Below, piece by piece: positions 1-11,612 of a DNA stretch of 64,000 nt. The notes beneath the pieces are model-generated. The model made no database searches, had not been told where the DNA came from, and saw nothing but the letters and a program-made list of their open reading frames with translations. The stretch lies in NCBI GenBank assembly GCA_964035575.1, contig OZ037847.1, positions 62,001 through 126,000 on the forward strand, read 5' to 3'. Source of the DNA: Rhynchopus sp. YZ270_cl-10 (lineage: Eukaryota). The translations under genes and the position numbers were made by a program. Position 1 is the stretch's first letter. Each line of letters begins with the position of its first letter.

Positions 1-730
1 GTCAATTTGCAGAAATGGCCAAGTTCTTGGTTTTGGTCAAAATGAGTGTAAGGTAAAGGGGCCAAGGTAAATCCCACAACCCAGATTTTCTCTCCCAGAT
101 GCTGAAACATGAAAATGCGCGAAAACACCGGCATTTGCATTTCCGGAATCCGTCCGTTCTGTGGTGGGGTCAATTTGCAGAATTGGGCAAGTTCTTGGTT
201 TTTGTTAAAATGAGTACGGTGCCAGTGTGATGTTAGTGTAGAGAACAAGTTTTCTAAGAAACCCCATCATAGCACCTCCGGCATGCGGCCTGGTGCGCCC
301 TCTCTGTTTTTTCAGAAAATATCAAAAACCCCGTGTCTTGCACAATCTGGAAGAAAACTTTCCAACACAAAAAAAAACGGCAACTTTCTCCAAGCAGAAA
401 GCCCATCACCCCCCTCTTGGTAAGTACTGTAGTACGTGCAAATTTTTTGGCAGCCCTGTATATAAGCCCCGTGCAAATTTTTTGGCAATTTTCATTTTCC
501 AAAAATCAGGGACAGGGACAGGTTTTTAGAAATAGCCCTGCACCGAAATCAAAAAAAAATTTTTTTTTGATTTTTTGGGGTGAAAATTTCTGGGGAAAAT
601 TTCTGGCCACAAAAAACCGCCAAAAAAATATACACAAAATAATTTTAGCACCCCCCTTTAAATTAGGTGTAAATTGGGTACTTCTTGGGTCCTTCTAGGG
701 TATACACCCTAGCCCTATACAGCCACACCA

Positions 731-851
731 ATTACCGTGAATTTATATTCCAGTATTTCACGCACAGGTGGAAACAGCCCGAGGGGGCAGCATTTTTCCC
801 CGAGGGCTGTTTCCACCTGTAAGTGAAATACTGGTATAAATTCACGGCAAT
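731..851. mobile_element. Fold-back MITE-like element (~120 bp)
   Basis: ~50-bp imperfect inverted repeat: ATTACCGTGAATTTATA..CAGGTGGAAACAGCCC pairs with GGGCTGTTTCCACCTG..TATAAATTCACGGCAAT. Confidence 0.6.
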
Positions 852-1361
852 ATGTTATTTTATCACCAAGTGAGACCATGAATTTCACAACCCGTTTTCA
901 CGTACAAAGAGAAGAGGTGGGGTGGTTCTTTTGATGATGACTTTTGATCCAGTTTTTTTATGTGGGCCTCTTAGCGCTGGACAGCGTCTTGAGCCAGAAC
1001 TTTAGCTAGGATATCACCGATGTTGATATTCATTATGACCCCCCACCATACCCCCCCGGTATGTGTGGTGTTTGTGCCATGGGAACATCCCCGTCCTGTG
1101 TGATGACACTTGTACTCGTGTCGGACTCACTCTCCAAAGGTGCCCTCGCACGTTTTGGAGGTCTCATTTGGGATTTTTTGATGAAAATTTGAAAAAAAAA
1201 AACGTGTGAATCCGTGGTTTGTGTGTTACAGAAAATTAACTCAAAAATGCGTTTGAGACCCCTAGAATGGCTCAAAATGGCTCTTTTCTGGCTTTAATTG
1301 CAAAATTGGGCCTCCAAAGGCCTCCAAAAAAATTTTCGAGAGTTCAGTTCTACGATTTTCT

Positions 1362-1852
1362 GAGCGTGTAATTTATTTTTCGAGCGTGTAATCATAGGTT
1401 TCGAACGCGCGTTCGAAAATCGAAAACGCGCAAATCCAAAATCGGAAAACGCGCACATGAAAAAAAAAAAAAAAACACGCAAAAAAAAAAAAAAACGCGC
1501 GTTCGAAAAGCCGGACGCGCGTAAAAAAAAAAGGGCGTTTTTTTTTTTTTTTTTTCAAACGCGCGTTTGAAAAACTGGACGCGCGTTCGAAAAAACCACT
1601 TTTTCGAACGCGCGTTCGAAAAACCTCCCCACGTAAACATGAGGCTTCCACTTTTCCGAACGCGCGTTTTTTTTTTTTCGTTTTTCAAACGCGCGTTTTT
1701 TTTTCGCTTTTTCCGAACGCGCGTTTTTTTTCTCGTTTTTTCCGAACGCGCGTTTTTTTTTTCGTTTTTCAAACGCGCACTCGAAAACGCCCAAAAAACG
1801 CGAACGCGCGTTCGAAACCTATGTGTAATACTGGAAAATAAATTACACGCCC
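1362..1852. mobile_element. Non-autonomous TIR element with internal CGCGCGTTCGAA/poly-A/T repeats
   Basis: Inverted ends GCGTGTAATTTATTTT..CATAGGTTTCGAACGCGCGTTCG at both termini; no clear TSD. Confidence 0.55.
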
Positions 1853-1858
1853 CTCTTA

Positions 1859-2278
1859 CAGGGGGGTAGCCAAATAAAAGGGGCGCCGCTCTTATTCGGC
1901 GTGCCTAATCGCAAAGTATTGGGTTTTCAGAGCTTTCGGGGTCAACTTGGGGGGCTCTGTACAAAACCTTAAGGGGGGTCCAAAAAAAATTTTCCCGCCA
2001 ATTTTTGCCCACAAAAAGTCATTTCTCAGCGCAAAGTGACCCCATCACAGCACGCACAGACTCCCAAGAATCGAAAAAAAAAATTTTTTTTTTTCGATTT
2101 TTTGTGGGCAAAAATCGGTCGAAAATTTTTTCAGGCCCCCAACCAGTACCTCCCTTAGGACTTTGTACAGGAGGGGGTGCCCCTCTTATTTTCCAGAGTT
2201 CGCCAGATCCCAGGGTGCCGCTCTTATTACCCCTGCCGCTCTTATTCGGCATGCCGCTCTTAATAAGCCCCCCCCCTG
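1859..2278. mobile_element. Tc1/mariner-like MITE
   Basis: TA|CAGGGGGG ... CCCCCCTG|TA termini; internal GCCGCTCTTATT repeats. Confidence 0.5.
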
Positions 2279-2827
2279 TAACGATTTTGTTAAGGGGCGT
2301 GAAATTCATGGTCTCAAGCGGTAATAAAAAAAATAAAGTCATCACAAACGCACAAACGTTCATACCTCTACAGGAGCACCCTTCACTGCAGCTTCCATCT
2401 CCAACACCAGCTGCTGCTCCTTCGCTGTGAGCTGTGCCATCACTTCCTGCAAGTGTCAAACAAATGTAGAGAACTAGAAAAAGCAAAACAACAACAAAGT
2501 TGCATCACACTGTGCATCTCCAGTGCCGACAATTGCAACCCCAACACACACACACACGCACACGTCCTGGGCTGGACTGTAAATTGCATCAGAGGGTATG
2601 TGGCGCCTCCTGAAGCCCTATGAAGATACCTGAGGGTAAAACGTCACTCACTTTTCCCCTTTTGTTTTGACGGTCAGTCCAGTGGGCAACCTGCATTGCA
2701 CTTCGCAGGCCCCATTGCCACACCCTAGGTGGTGAGGTGTGCCGACTGCACAAATGCAAAAAAAAAATGGTGAAACAGTGTAAAAACTTCTGAATTCGGT
2801 AACACCAGTGGGCCTGAACAGCAATGG

Positions 2828-3238
2828 TCATACCTTCTTGTTCTCCTTGAGCTCGGCGATTTTGGCACAGTACATGTTGGCTTTGCCATCGTCTCCCCAA
2901 TAGATACCATACTCAGCATCCTCAATGTCTCCATCAAGTTCGCGAACACGACAAACTAACAAATTTGTTACTGCAGCGATCTCCTGGTTGAGCGTCGAAA
3001 GCTGAGCCTGCAGATCCGCCACGGACTTTTCGGCATTTGCAAGATCAGACTGTGGTGACGTTGTGAATGGGTTCCATAGGTTCCATTTGGTAAACCAGTT
3101 GGGTAAATAATTTCTCTTCAGAAAGGGGGTCAGGTCAATATTCTTGTTGCTCTTGTTCCACAGCGTAGGGGTAACTGAGAACGACCGCGAGACATATAAT
3201 GGCAACCTGGTGGTACGTGTGTGCAGAATCCGCTGCAT
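2828..3238 (-). CDS. Hypothetical coiled-coil protein (probably a first exon), with a mitochondrial-presequence-like N-terminus
   Basis: CA-rich leader before the ATG as in other genes here; Arg/Ser/Thr-rich N-terminus; heptad segment; AAG|GTATGA donor at 2833. Confidence 0.4.
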   Translation of the reverse strand: MQRILHTRTTRLPLYVSRSFSVTPTLWNKSNKNIDLTPFLKRNYLPNWFTKWNLWNPFTTSPQSDLANAEKSVADLQAQLSTLNQEIAAVTNLLVCRVRELDGDIEDAEYGIYWGDDGKANMYCAKIAELKENKKV

Positions 3239-3406
3239 TGTTTGTGTTTGTGTTGTTACTCGTAAACCTGTTGGTAATGTTGGTGTATAGGAGGAGGAGT
3301 GAGGCAGGGGAGTTTAAAATGCCGGTCTATCGGTCTGACAGACCGAAAAACCGGTCTTGGGGAGATCCGGGTGCCCGCAACAACAATATTCCCACCTGAA
3401 TTAGCT

Positions 3407-3510
3407 GGGTGTTGGGAGGTGTTGGGAGGTGTTGGGAGGCGTTGGGAGGTGTTGGGAGGTGTTGGGAGGCGTTGGGAGGTGTTGGGGGGCGTTGGCGGGC
3501 GTTGGGAGGT
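3407..3510 (+). repeat. (GTTGGGAGGY)n 10-bp G-rich tandem repeat
   Basis: ~10 copies visible; a second array lies at 17235-17285. Confidence 0.9.
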
Positions 3511-3651
3511 GAGACACTTTTTTTCCCACCGGCGTGAGCCTATTTCTCGTTGGTGAAGTTTTTAAACACCTGCATTGTCATTTCCGGAATCCGTCCTCGC
3601 TGTGGTGGGGTCAATTTGCCGAAATGGACAAGTTCTGAGTATATACGTGAT

Positions 3652-3963
3652 CACAGTATACACAGTATACACAGTATACACAGTATACACAGTATACACA
3701 GTATACACAGTATACACAGTATACACAGTATACACAGTATACACAGTATACACAGTATACACAGTATACACAGTATACACAGTATACACAGTATACACAG
3801 TATACACAGTATACACAGTATACACAGTATACACAGTATACACAGTATACACAGTATACACAGTATACACAGTATACACAGTATACACAGTATACACAGT
3901 ATACACAGTATACACAGTATACACAGTATACACAGTATACACAGTATACACAGTATACACAGT
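3652..3963 (+). repeat. (CACAGTATA)n 9-bp satellite
   Basis: ~35 perfect copies. Confidence 0.98.
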
Positions 3964-4263
3964 CAGCAGTACAGCAGTACAGCAGTACAGCAGTACAGCA
4001 GTACAGCAGTACAGCAGTACAGCAGTACAGCAGTACAGCAGTACAGCAGTACAGCAGTACAGCAGTACAGCAGTACAGCAGTACAGCAGTACAGCAGTAC
4101 AGCAGTACAGCAGTACAGCAGTACAGCAGTACAGCAGTACAGCAGTACAGCAGTACAGCAGTACAGCAGTACAGCAGTACAGCAGTACAGCAGTACAGCA
4201 GTACAGCAGTACAGCAGTACAGCAGTACAGCAGTACAGCAGTACAGCAGTACAGCAGTACAGC
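3964..4263 (+). repeat. (CAGCAGTA)n 8-bp satellite
   Basis: ~37 perfect copies directly abutting the 9-mer array. Confidence 0.98.
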
Positions 4264-4809
4264 ACCAGAGGTCGGGATTTTCCCTTGGAGGGCATCTAAA
4301 TTCATACATTTTTCGCTTTTTCCCCAAATTTCCACTTTGCCTTTGCCACTATTTTTTTGTTTGACTTGTAACCGGGACCCCACCCTGGAACCCCCTCCAG
4401 AAGGGGGTACAGAACACCCCATACTTATCGCTAAATATGCCGTTTTTCCCGAAAAATTTTAGAATCCCACGCCCAATTTCTTTCTTTTTGGCAAAAAAAA
4501 AAATTTTCGCGCTTCGCGCGAAAAAGGTCCTCAGAAGCTCAATTCCGGAAACAAATACGGGGGGGAGCGACGTTTTTCAACTCCTCCGTCATCAGCAGGA
4601 ACACCTCCGTTTTCTCTTGAATCTGTGACGCTTGTTGCTGAGAAACAGGGCAACAGCGCGTTCAAGAATATTCCCCATCTTTTCAGTGATAAACTCGTGG
4701 CGAAGCCACGGTACGCAACATTTCTAAAAAATGCGCTTACAATTGCACCTTTTTTAACAGCCAAACTATGTCATGGAAAGGATGTAATGCAAGCTTGCGC
4801 CGTAGGCGC

Positions 4810-5820
4810 GGAAAATACCGGTAGGGGTACGTCGTAGAGTAAAAACCAATGCAGGAAAATACCAGTAAATACCAGTAAATATCAGTTTTTCTCAGGCTTG
4901 GAAAAGTAGTTGTCGAAAAAAAAATTTTGGGAAAAAAAATTTTTTTTTCGACAACTACTTTTCCCAGCTTGGAAAAAAAACTGATATTTACTGGTAGTAA
5001 CTGGTATTAACTGAGATTTGACGTAGCCTCCTATAGTGAAACACCCGTTATTTTTTTCAGGCTTGAAAAAGTAGATGTCGAAAAAAAATTTTTGGTCGAA
5101 AAAAAAAAATTTTTTTTTTTGGACCCTCGGACCACCTGGCGGGGCCTGTGTTGAAGAAATGTTGAAAAAAAACCGAAAATTTGGGCTCAAATGGGCATTT
5201 TCATGCAGGACCTCTGAAATGTGAATGATTCGTTTTTTTGGCAGAGAAGTGCGTTTTAGGTGCCCACAGATGGTCAAAAGATCATTTTTTTTGTGTTTTT
5301 GGCATGTTTGGACACCCAAGGACCCACTACCAGGGGTGACTTTTTTTTTGGCCTGAAATTTGCCTTTGCCAAAATCAAACATGAGTTTTGTGAAGGAATT
5401 TGCTAAGGAAAACACCCAATAATAGGCCACTGTAGCAGTGCATATGATTCACCCACAGATGCTCAAAACATCAAAATTTTGCCGTTTTTTGAATTTTTCG
5501 GTGCACAAGGTCCCAAGGTCAGCCCAAAAAATTTTTTTTTTCAGGCTTGAAAAAGTAGTTGTCAAAAAAAAAAAAATTTTTTTTTTTTTGAAAAATTTTT
5601 TTTGGACAACTACTTTTCCAAGCCTGGAAAAAAAACCGATATTGACCGGACTGGACGGGACTGGACCTATATTCGCCGGACCCCCCTATATTCGCTGGAC
5701 CCCCCAAAATTTTGGTTTTTTTTGAATTTTTCGGTGCACAAGGTCCCAAGGTCAGGCCCGAAAAAAAAAAATTTTTCCAGGCTTGAAAAAGTAGTTGTCG
5801 AAAAAAAAAATTTTTTTTCT
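4810..5820. repeat. Cluster of AT-rich hairpin repeats (AGGCTTGRAAAAGTAGTTGTCG..CGACAACTACTTTT); 4810-5032 is duplicated at 12054-12276
   Basis: Multiple inverted/direct copies of the unit; ~223-bp near-identical direct duplicate. Confidence 0.8.
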
Positions 5821-5847
5821 ACGTAAAAATCCTCACCCTCGTCACCA

Positions 5848-5970
5848 GGGTCCACACATCAAAACTATCGTCACGTCTCTATTCAAAGCAAGAACCTAGC
5901 CGATCTGCGAGAGCCTGCCTCCACGAGGCGGACTTGGGTATGGCTGAAAGCCATAGCGAAATGAGCGCAG
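5848..5970 (+). ncRNA. Candidate HDV-like self-cleaving ribozyme at the 5' end of the retrotransposon
   Basis: P1 GGGUCC(5848)/GGACUU(5930); P3 GCC/GGC with L3 UCCACGA; GG for P1.1; P4 UAUGGC/GCCAUA; J4/2 GCGAA; P2 only partly paired (CUGCG/CGCAG). Confidence 0.6.
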
Positions 5971-7466
5971 CAGCGACGGCTGGGACGCATATGTTGCGTC
6001 AAAGCGACTGGGACGCAGAGGTCCTCTCCCCCGCCAACTTCCGCCAGCGAATTGTGGCCAACACCGTCTCCGCAAAAGGGGTCATCACCTTCTGCAAACT
6101 CGCAGAGGCAGAATCGTTTCTGCAAGACCGGAGCAAGCTCGACCAGAACGGGCCCTGCATCGCCGTCGCCACCACCGCCCCCCTCCAAACACACAAAGCA
6201 CACTGCAACATGGACTGCATCGTGAAGCCCCCGACCGGAGATGAGTACAAACGCAAAATTCACGTCTTCCTTCTCACCAACACCACCCCCCACTACACCC
6301 TCGACATCCCCCAAATCGGAAACGCCCAACCTGCCTCACTACTCACCGAGGTCAAACTCGAAGTCCTCCCCGAAGGCGTCGTCACAGAGCCGGCATGGGA
6401 CACCGCCCCCCTCAACACCGCACGCACCTTCCTCACAAACCTGGGTGCAGCAGTCGCCAGCGTCCGCAGAGCAGGAGAGCGTCGCATCGCAGCCACCATC
6501 GCACCGAGCAAATCCCTCAGAGAGATGTCCGGTCACAACGGGGTCATCGTCCGCCCGGCCAAAGTCACCAACGACCCAGTAGTCTGGCTCGACAGCACCG
6601 CCACACTTGCAGCAGCACTCGAGTTTGCGAGGAACCACGCCGGAAGGCTCATCAAGTCCACCAAGGCGTACGGCATTGTGGTGGAGACACAGGAGGCGCG
6701 GGCAGCAGCCTGGCAGGCACTCGGTAAACCCGAGAAATCAACAGAATCGCACTACGTGATCACCGGCATGCACTACCTCACGCATCCCGACTCCCTGGTA
6801 ACTGCGCTCAGGACCCCCGACAACGGCTGCACCATGATTGCACACCAGCAGGCAGGGAAGACACAAGCGGTGAAAGTCCGCACACAACAACAACTCCCCA
6901 GATTTTTCAGCTACAACAACCAAACGCTGACAGCAACAGAAGTCTCCAACTCACACAAGCTCAGACGGCCCAAGAAGAAACGCCCCACGGAGGACAAACG
7001 CATCCCCTTCGTCAACACCGGCATGGCGAGCACCACCACAGCATGGAACAACATCGCCAGAGTCCACACCGCAACACCCCAAGCCAACACCACAGCACCT
7101 GCACCTCCCGCAACTACAACAAACGTGGACACCGAGAGCAGAAACGCCACCACCCGCAATGCGTCGGAAATCAAAGAGATGCGTAACGACTTCAACCAAG
7201 TCGTAGAGCGGTTCAACGCCAAGCAGGCTGAGCTGGAAGCAAAGATCCACGCCAGCAGCAACGACATCCAAATTCTCACTGAGAAGATGGACGCGCTCGC
7301 GAAGATGGGCGTCTCTCTGCAAGGAAGCATCGAGCAACTGCAACTCCAGCTGGAAACCCTTATCAAGAGGATCCCAACATCGAGGAAAGACCAAGCATCG
7401 CCCACACGACCTCGCGACACAGTACGGGGATCGCCTGTCGGTGGCAGCAAAAGAGCGAATCGCTGA
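5961..7466 (+). CDS. Retrotransposon ORF1 (C-terminal coiled coil)
   Basis: ~500-aa intact ORF directly upstream of APE; ATG 5961 lies at the ribozyme 3' end (ATG 5940 is an alternative); decayed paralog nearby. Confidence 0.75.
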   Translation: MSAAATAGTHMLRQSDWDAEVLSPANFRQRIVANTVSAKGVITFCKLAEAESFLQDRSKLDQNGPCIAVATTAPLQTHKAHCNMDCIVKPPTGDEYKRKIHVFLLTNTTPHYTLDIPQIGNAQPASLLTEVKLEVLPEGVVTEPAWDTAPLNTARTFLTNLGAAVASVRRAGERRIAATIAPSKSLREMSGHNGVIVRPAKVTNDPVVWLDSTATLAAALEFARNHAGRLIKSTKAYGIVVETQEARAAAWQALGKPEKSTESHYVITGMHYLTHPDSLVTALRTPDNGCTMIAHQQAGKTQAVKVRTQQQLPRFFSYNNQTLTATEVSNSHKLRRPKKKRPTEDKRIPFVNTGMASTTTAWNNIARVHTATPQANTTAPAPPATTTNVDTESRNATTRNASEIKEMRNDFNQVVERFNAKQAELEAKIHASSNDIQILTEKMDALAKMGVSLQGSIEQLQLQLETLIKRIPTSRKDQASPTRPRDTVRGSPVGGSKRANR

Positions 7467-8095
7467 CTCCCTACTTCACCATTCCCCACACCTCCCAAAT
7501 CCAACACCCCCACCCTGCTGAAATACATTTCTACAACAGTTCAACTTTTACTAGTGATAGCAGGGATACATCCGAATCCGGGTCCGCTGAGATGTCTCTG
7601 TTGGAACATCAACGGACTCACCGACACTAAGAGAGATGAAATAAGGCGACACATCACCAAGAAGGAGTATGACACTGTCATGCTCCAAGAACTGAAGGCA
7701 AGCGGTCAAGCAAATACGTTCAAGATCGACGGCTACCGCAGCTACACCCGCAAAAGAACGGCAGGCAGAACCAAAAAGACCAGTGAAACACATGGAGGCG
7801 GGATAGTAACACTGGTGCGTGACAAACATCCAGCCCAAGTCCACACGTTCTCGAAGTGGAAAGTCACCGAACGGCTCGACGTCACAGTGCACGGTATACG
7901 CTTTGTCAATGTATATCGACCAAGCGCAGTGGGGGAGCAAAAGAACGACATACGCAAAGATGACTTCGACTGCGAAGACCTCCCCACCGAACAAGTAGTG
8001 ATAGCTGGAGACCTCAACGCCCATCATGCGCAGTGGAGCAAGGCGATCCCGAACAAAACCGGCACAAAACTCCACGACTGGGTCGGTAACACTGT
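7467..8095 (+). pseudogene. ORF2 N-terminus: 2A-like NPGP followed by APE (exonuclease-endonuclease-phosphatase) domain, truncated
   Basis: LLLVIAGIHPNPGP-LRCLCWNING..MLQE..GGGIVTLVR..VNVYRP..IAGDLNAHHAQW are hallmark APE motifs. Confidence 0.85.
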
Positions 8096-8589
8096 TCGTC
8101 ATACACAGAGACGCCGTCTTTGCCATACGAGACAACAACACTGCCACAGGAGAACAAGGTCCACGAAGCGCAGTCGACTTTGCGGACCACCTCCCCACCC
8201 GGAAGTGCAACCTTGAGAAGGCAATCCCCACAAGGCAGGTAGCAGCGTGTCTTGCACTGAGAGATGGCAGGCGCACCGTATACATTATTGTCCGCATCAA
8301 ATGAGAAGACAGGCTCGTAGGTTTCTGTGTCGAAGCCGCCAACATGCCCACGCCTGCTACAAAAGATGCAGAGCGTTCCACAACGCGACAGTGACCCGTT
8401 GTCTCCCGTATGCGTTACACTGTACTGAGCAGGACACTTGATGTCGGCAAAGCGGCGGGCAAGCACAACCTGCACCCCTGCATCAAACGCAGTGTCCTGC
8501 AGACGGCACGTCAGCGTCTGCTCGTGTCGTTTGTGTCAATCCGTTGATGTTGTCGGAACCCTTGATGACACATGCGTCTTTGGGGACGG

Positions 8590-9400
8590 GTGTCATGATG
8601 TTAACTTAACGCACCAGGTCTTCCCAGTGCTCGGCACGGTCTGCGTTGCGCACGCGAGGCCGCTGTTGTTGAGTGCGGCGACAAAGTCCGCGGTTGGGTG
8701 GTATTTGGGCCCGCATGAGGAGCGACTTCTGTCGGCGCATGCGCTGCGTTCCTGGACGGGGCGTACGACAAGCCCAAAATATTTGGGTGAGGCGATCATC
8801 ACCCTCCCGTGATGCAGCAATGCTGCTTCACGAGCCTTGAGGCTGTGCTCCGGCTTCAGCCACACCACCCTCTCGCGTGAGGCTTGACTGCGGCCTCATC
8901 CTCAGCACGCCGTCGATGCCCGATACGCGACGGAGGTCGGTGTCGGGGTGCACCTCCACGAGCAGTCGCGTCAGCAGGCGGGTGTTCTTGCAATCGCGTG
9001 CTGCAGTCACGGAGGTATCCACGATGTGCTTTCGCAAGCCATTTGCGTGCGGTCTTCTCGGGGGTCTTCTGCCAGGCGGGGTGGTCGCTAGCGTCCTTTA
9101 ACACCGCTCGCATCATCTGTGGTGTAGCACCCAGGTGCATCGACCTGAGTATGCATTGGAGTGGAGTGCGGAGAGCGACTGTGTATATGGCGATGTAGGT
9201 GCCTGCCTGGCGCACATGATGAAGGTGCTGGTGGGGGGGAGGCCCAGGAGGGGCTGCTGCCGTAGAGGGACTCCATCATCACGACAGCGACCGAGGGTCC
9301 ATCCCTGGAGTTGAGGGGAGGGGGTGGGTCTGGATGGTTGTAGGCCGTCGCCTTATCCAGTATGGCGACGGCTCCTTCTCTCGGCACGTCTCCCGTGCGC
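8590..9400 (-). pseudogene. Frameshifted, diverged paralog of retrotransposon ORF1
   Basis: Collinear matches to ORF1: GPSVAVV/GPCIAVA, HPAWQKTPEKTAR/EPAWDTAPLNTAR, LRRVSGIDGV/LREMSGHNGV, VWL..FGLVV/VWL..YGIVV, GKTWCVK/GKTQAVK. Confidence 0.75.
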
Positions 9401-10043
9401 AGCTGCTCTCATAACTATACATTTCAAACATGCAAACCACATCAGGCGTTAACAACTGAGGACTGAAAGGAAATAAGCAACAAGACTCTGTCATTGTATC
9501 GCATCTAATAGCAAACAACAGTTTGCACTGTATAAACTGTGCAATGATATGCATAACATGACCTTTTACCTCCCCGGGCCCCATCTGGGACCCTCACCAC
9601 CCCCCTGGTGTGTACATACCTGTCAGCACCAGCCCCCACAACCCACAAGAACCCACCAAAAGAGTCCACCTAGGGGGACTATAGTCCCCCTAGGTGGACT
9701 ACATAGTCCCCCTAGGCATACATAGCGTGCGAATGACCATTCGCATATATTCGCATGTGCGAATGCATTCGCATCCTGTTCGCATCCATTCGCATTGTCG
9801 TTCGCATCATTCGCATCATTCGCACTATATTCGCACTATATTCGCATGTGCGAATGATGCGAACGATGCGAACACAGTGCGAACATAGTGCGAATGATGC
9901 GAACGTAGTGCGAATGTTATAGTAGTGTGTGAATTCTGTGGGTGTGTGATTGTTGGATGATCGGGGTTTTTTGTGATTTTTTGTGATCGGCATATTTTGG
10001 GATGAGCTTTTTTTGTCCCACTCTGGGTGGGTCGTTAGCAGGG

Positions 10044-10604
10044 GTACTGTACTGTACTGTACTGTACTGTACTGTACTGTACTGTACTGTACTGTACTGT
10101 ACTGTACTGTACTGTACTGTACTGTACTGTACTGTACTGTACTGTACTGTACTGTACTGTACTGTACTGTACTGTACTGTACTGTACTGTACTGTACTGT
10201 ACTGTACTGTACTGTACTGTACTGTACTGTACTGTACTGTACTGTACTGTACTGTACTGTACTGTACTGTACTGTACTGTACTGTACTGTACTGTACTGT
10301 ACTGTACTGTACTGTACTGTACTGTACTGTACTGTACTGTACTGTACTGTACTGTACTGTACTGTACTGTACTGTACTGTACTGTACTGTACTGTACTGT
10401 ACTGTACTGTACTGTACTGTACTGTACTGTACTGTACTGTACTGTACTGTACTGTACTGTACTGTACTGTACTGTACTGTACTGTACTGTACTGTACTGT
10501 ACTGTACTGTACTGTACTGTACTGTACTGTACTGTACTGTACTGTACTGTACTGTACTGTACTGTACTGTACTGTACTGTACTGTACTGTACTGTACTGT
10601 ACTG
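10044..10604 (-). repeat. (CAGTA)n 5-bp microsatellite
   Basis: ~112 perfect copies (GTACT on +). Confidence 0.98.
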
Positions 10605-11007
10605 CTGAATAACGTTATTCCAAAATAACACTTGTTATAACGTTATCGATAACGTTATAACACCCACAGTATGTCTTATAATAGGCTAATATTGGGCTAA
10701 TAGCCTATTATATGCCATCTTAGACGTAGGCTGCAGTCGGTGCTGTAACATACACCTCACTCACGCTCATCAGTGAAAAAACACAAGAGAAATAAGTTGT
10801 GTTGTGTCTGTAACGGAGTTGGCCTTAAATTTTGGATTTTTCGGATTTGTTTAACGGGTTAAGCCAGCTACCACCGTACCACCAGTGGTAGCTGGGAAGG
10901 ACTGGAATAGGCTAATAAAATATTAGCTTATTCCAGTTTCATTAGCCTATTCTATAAGGCTTAAATAGGCTAATATCCTATTAGGCTTTATTAGCTTATC
11001 AGCTATG

Positions 11008-11612
11008 GTATACTGTGTATACTGTGTATACTGTGTATACTGTGTATACTGTGTATACTGTGTATACTGTGTATACTGTGTATACTGTGTATACTGTGTA
11101 TACTGTGTATACTGTGTATACTGTGTATACTGTGTATACTGTGTATACTGTGTATACTGTGTATACTGTGTATACTGTGTATACTGTGTATACTGTGTAT
11201 ACTGTGTATACTGTGTATACTGTGTATACTGTGTATACTGTGTATACTGTGTATACTGTGTATACTGTGTATACTGTGTATACTGTGTATACTGTGTATA
11301 CTGTGTATACTGTGTATACTGTGTATACTGTGTATACTGTGTATACTGTGTATACTGTGTATACTGTGTATACTGTGTATACTGTGTATACTGTGTATAC
11401 TGTGTATACTGTGTATACTGTGTATACTGTGTATACTGTGTATACTGTGTATACTGTGTATACTGTGTATACTGTGTATACTGTGTATACTGTGTATACT
11501 GTGTATACTGTGTATACTGTGTATATTGTGTGTACTGTGTGTACTGTGTGTACTGTGTGTACTGTGTGTACTGTGTGTACTGTGTGTACTGTGTGTACTG
11601 TGTGTACTGTGT
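11008..11612 (-). repeat. (CACAGTATA)n / (CACAGTACA)n 9-bp satellite, inverted relative to 3652-3963
   Basis: ~57 TATACTGTG units followed by ~9 TGTACTGTG units on +. Confidence 0.98.

Larger units (their letters stand above)
5848..8095 (+). mobile_element. Non-LTR retrotransposon, 3'-truncated (ORF1 + partial APE endonuclease, no RT)
   Basis: ORF1 followed by APE-type endonuclease motifs; similarity ends near LHDWVGNT. Confidence 0.85.

Noticed and set aside
3550..4462. Long ORFs (HSI, VYT, QQYSSTAV repeats)
   Set aside because: Translations of stop-free satellites
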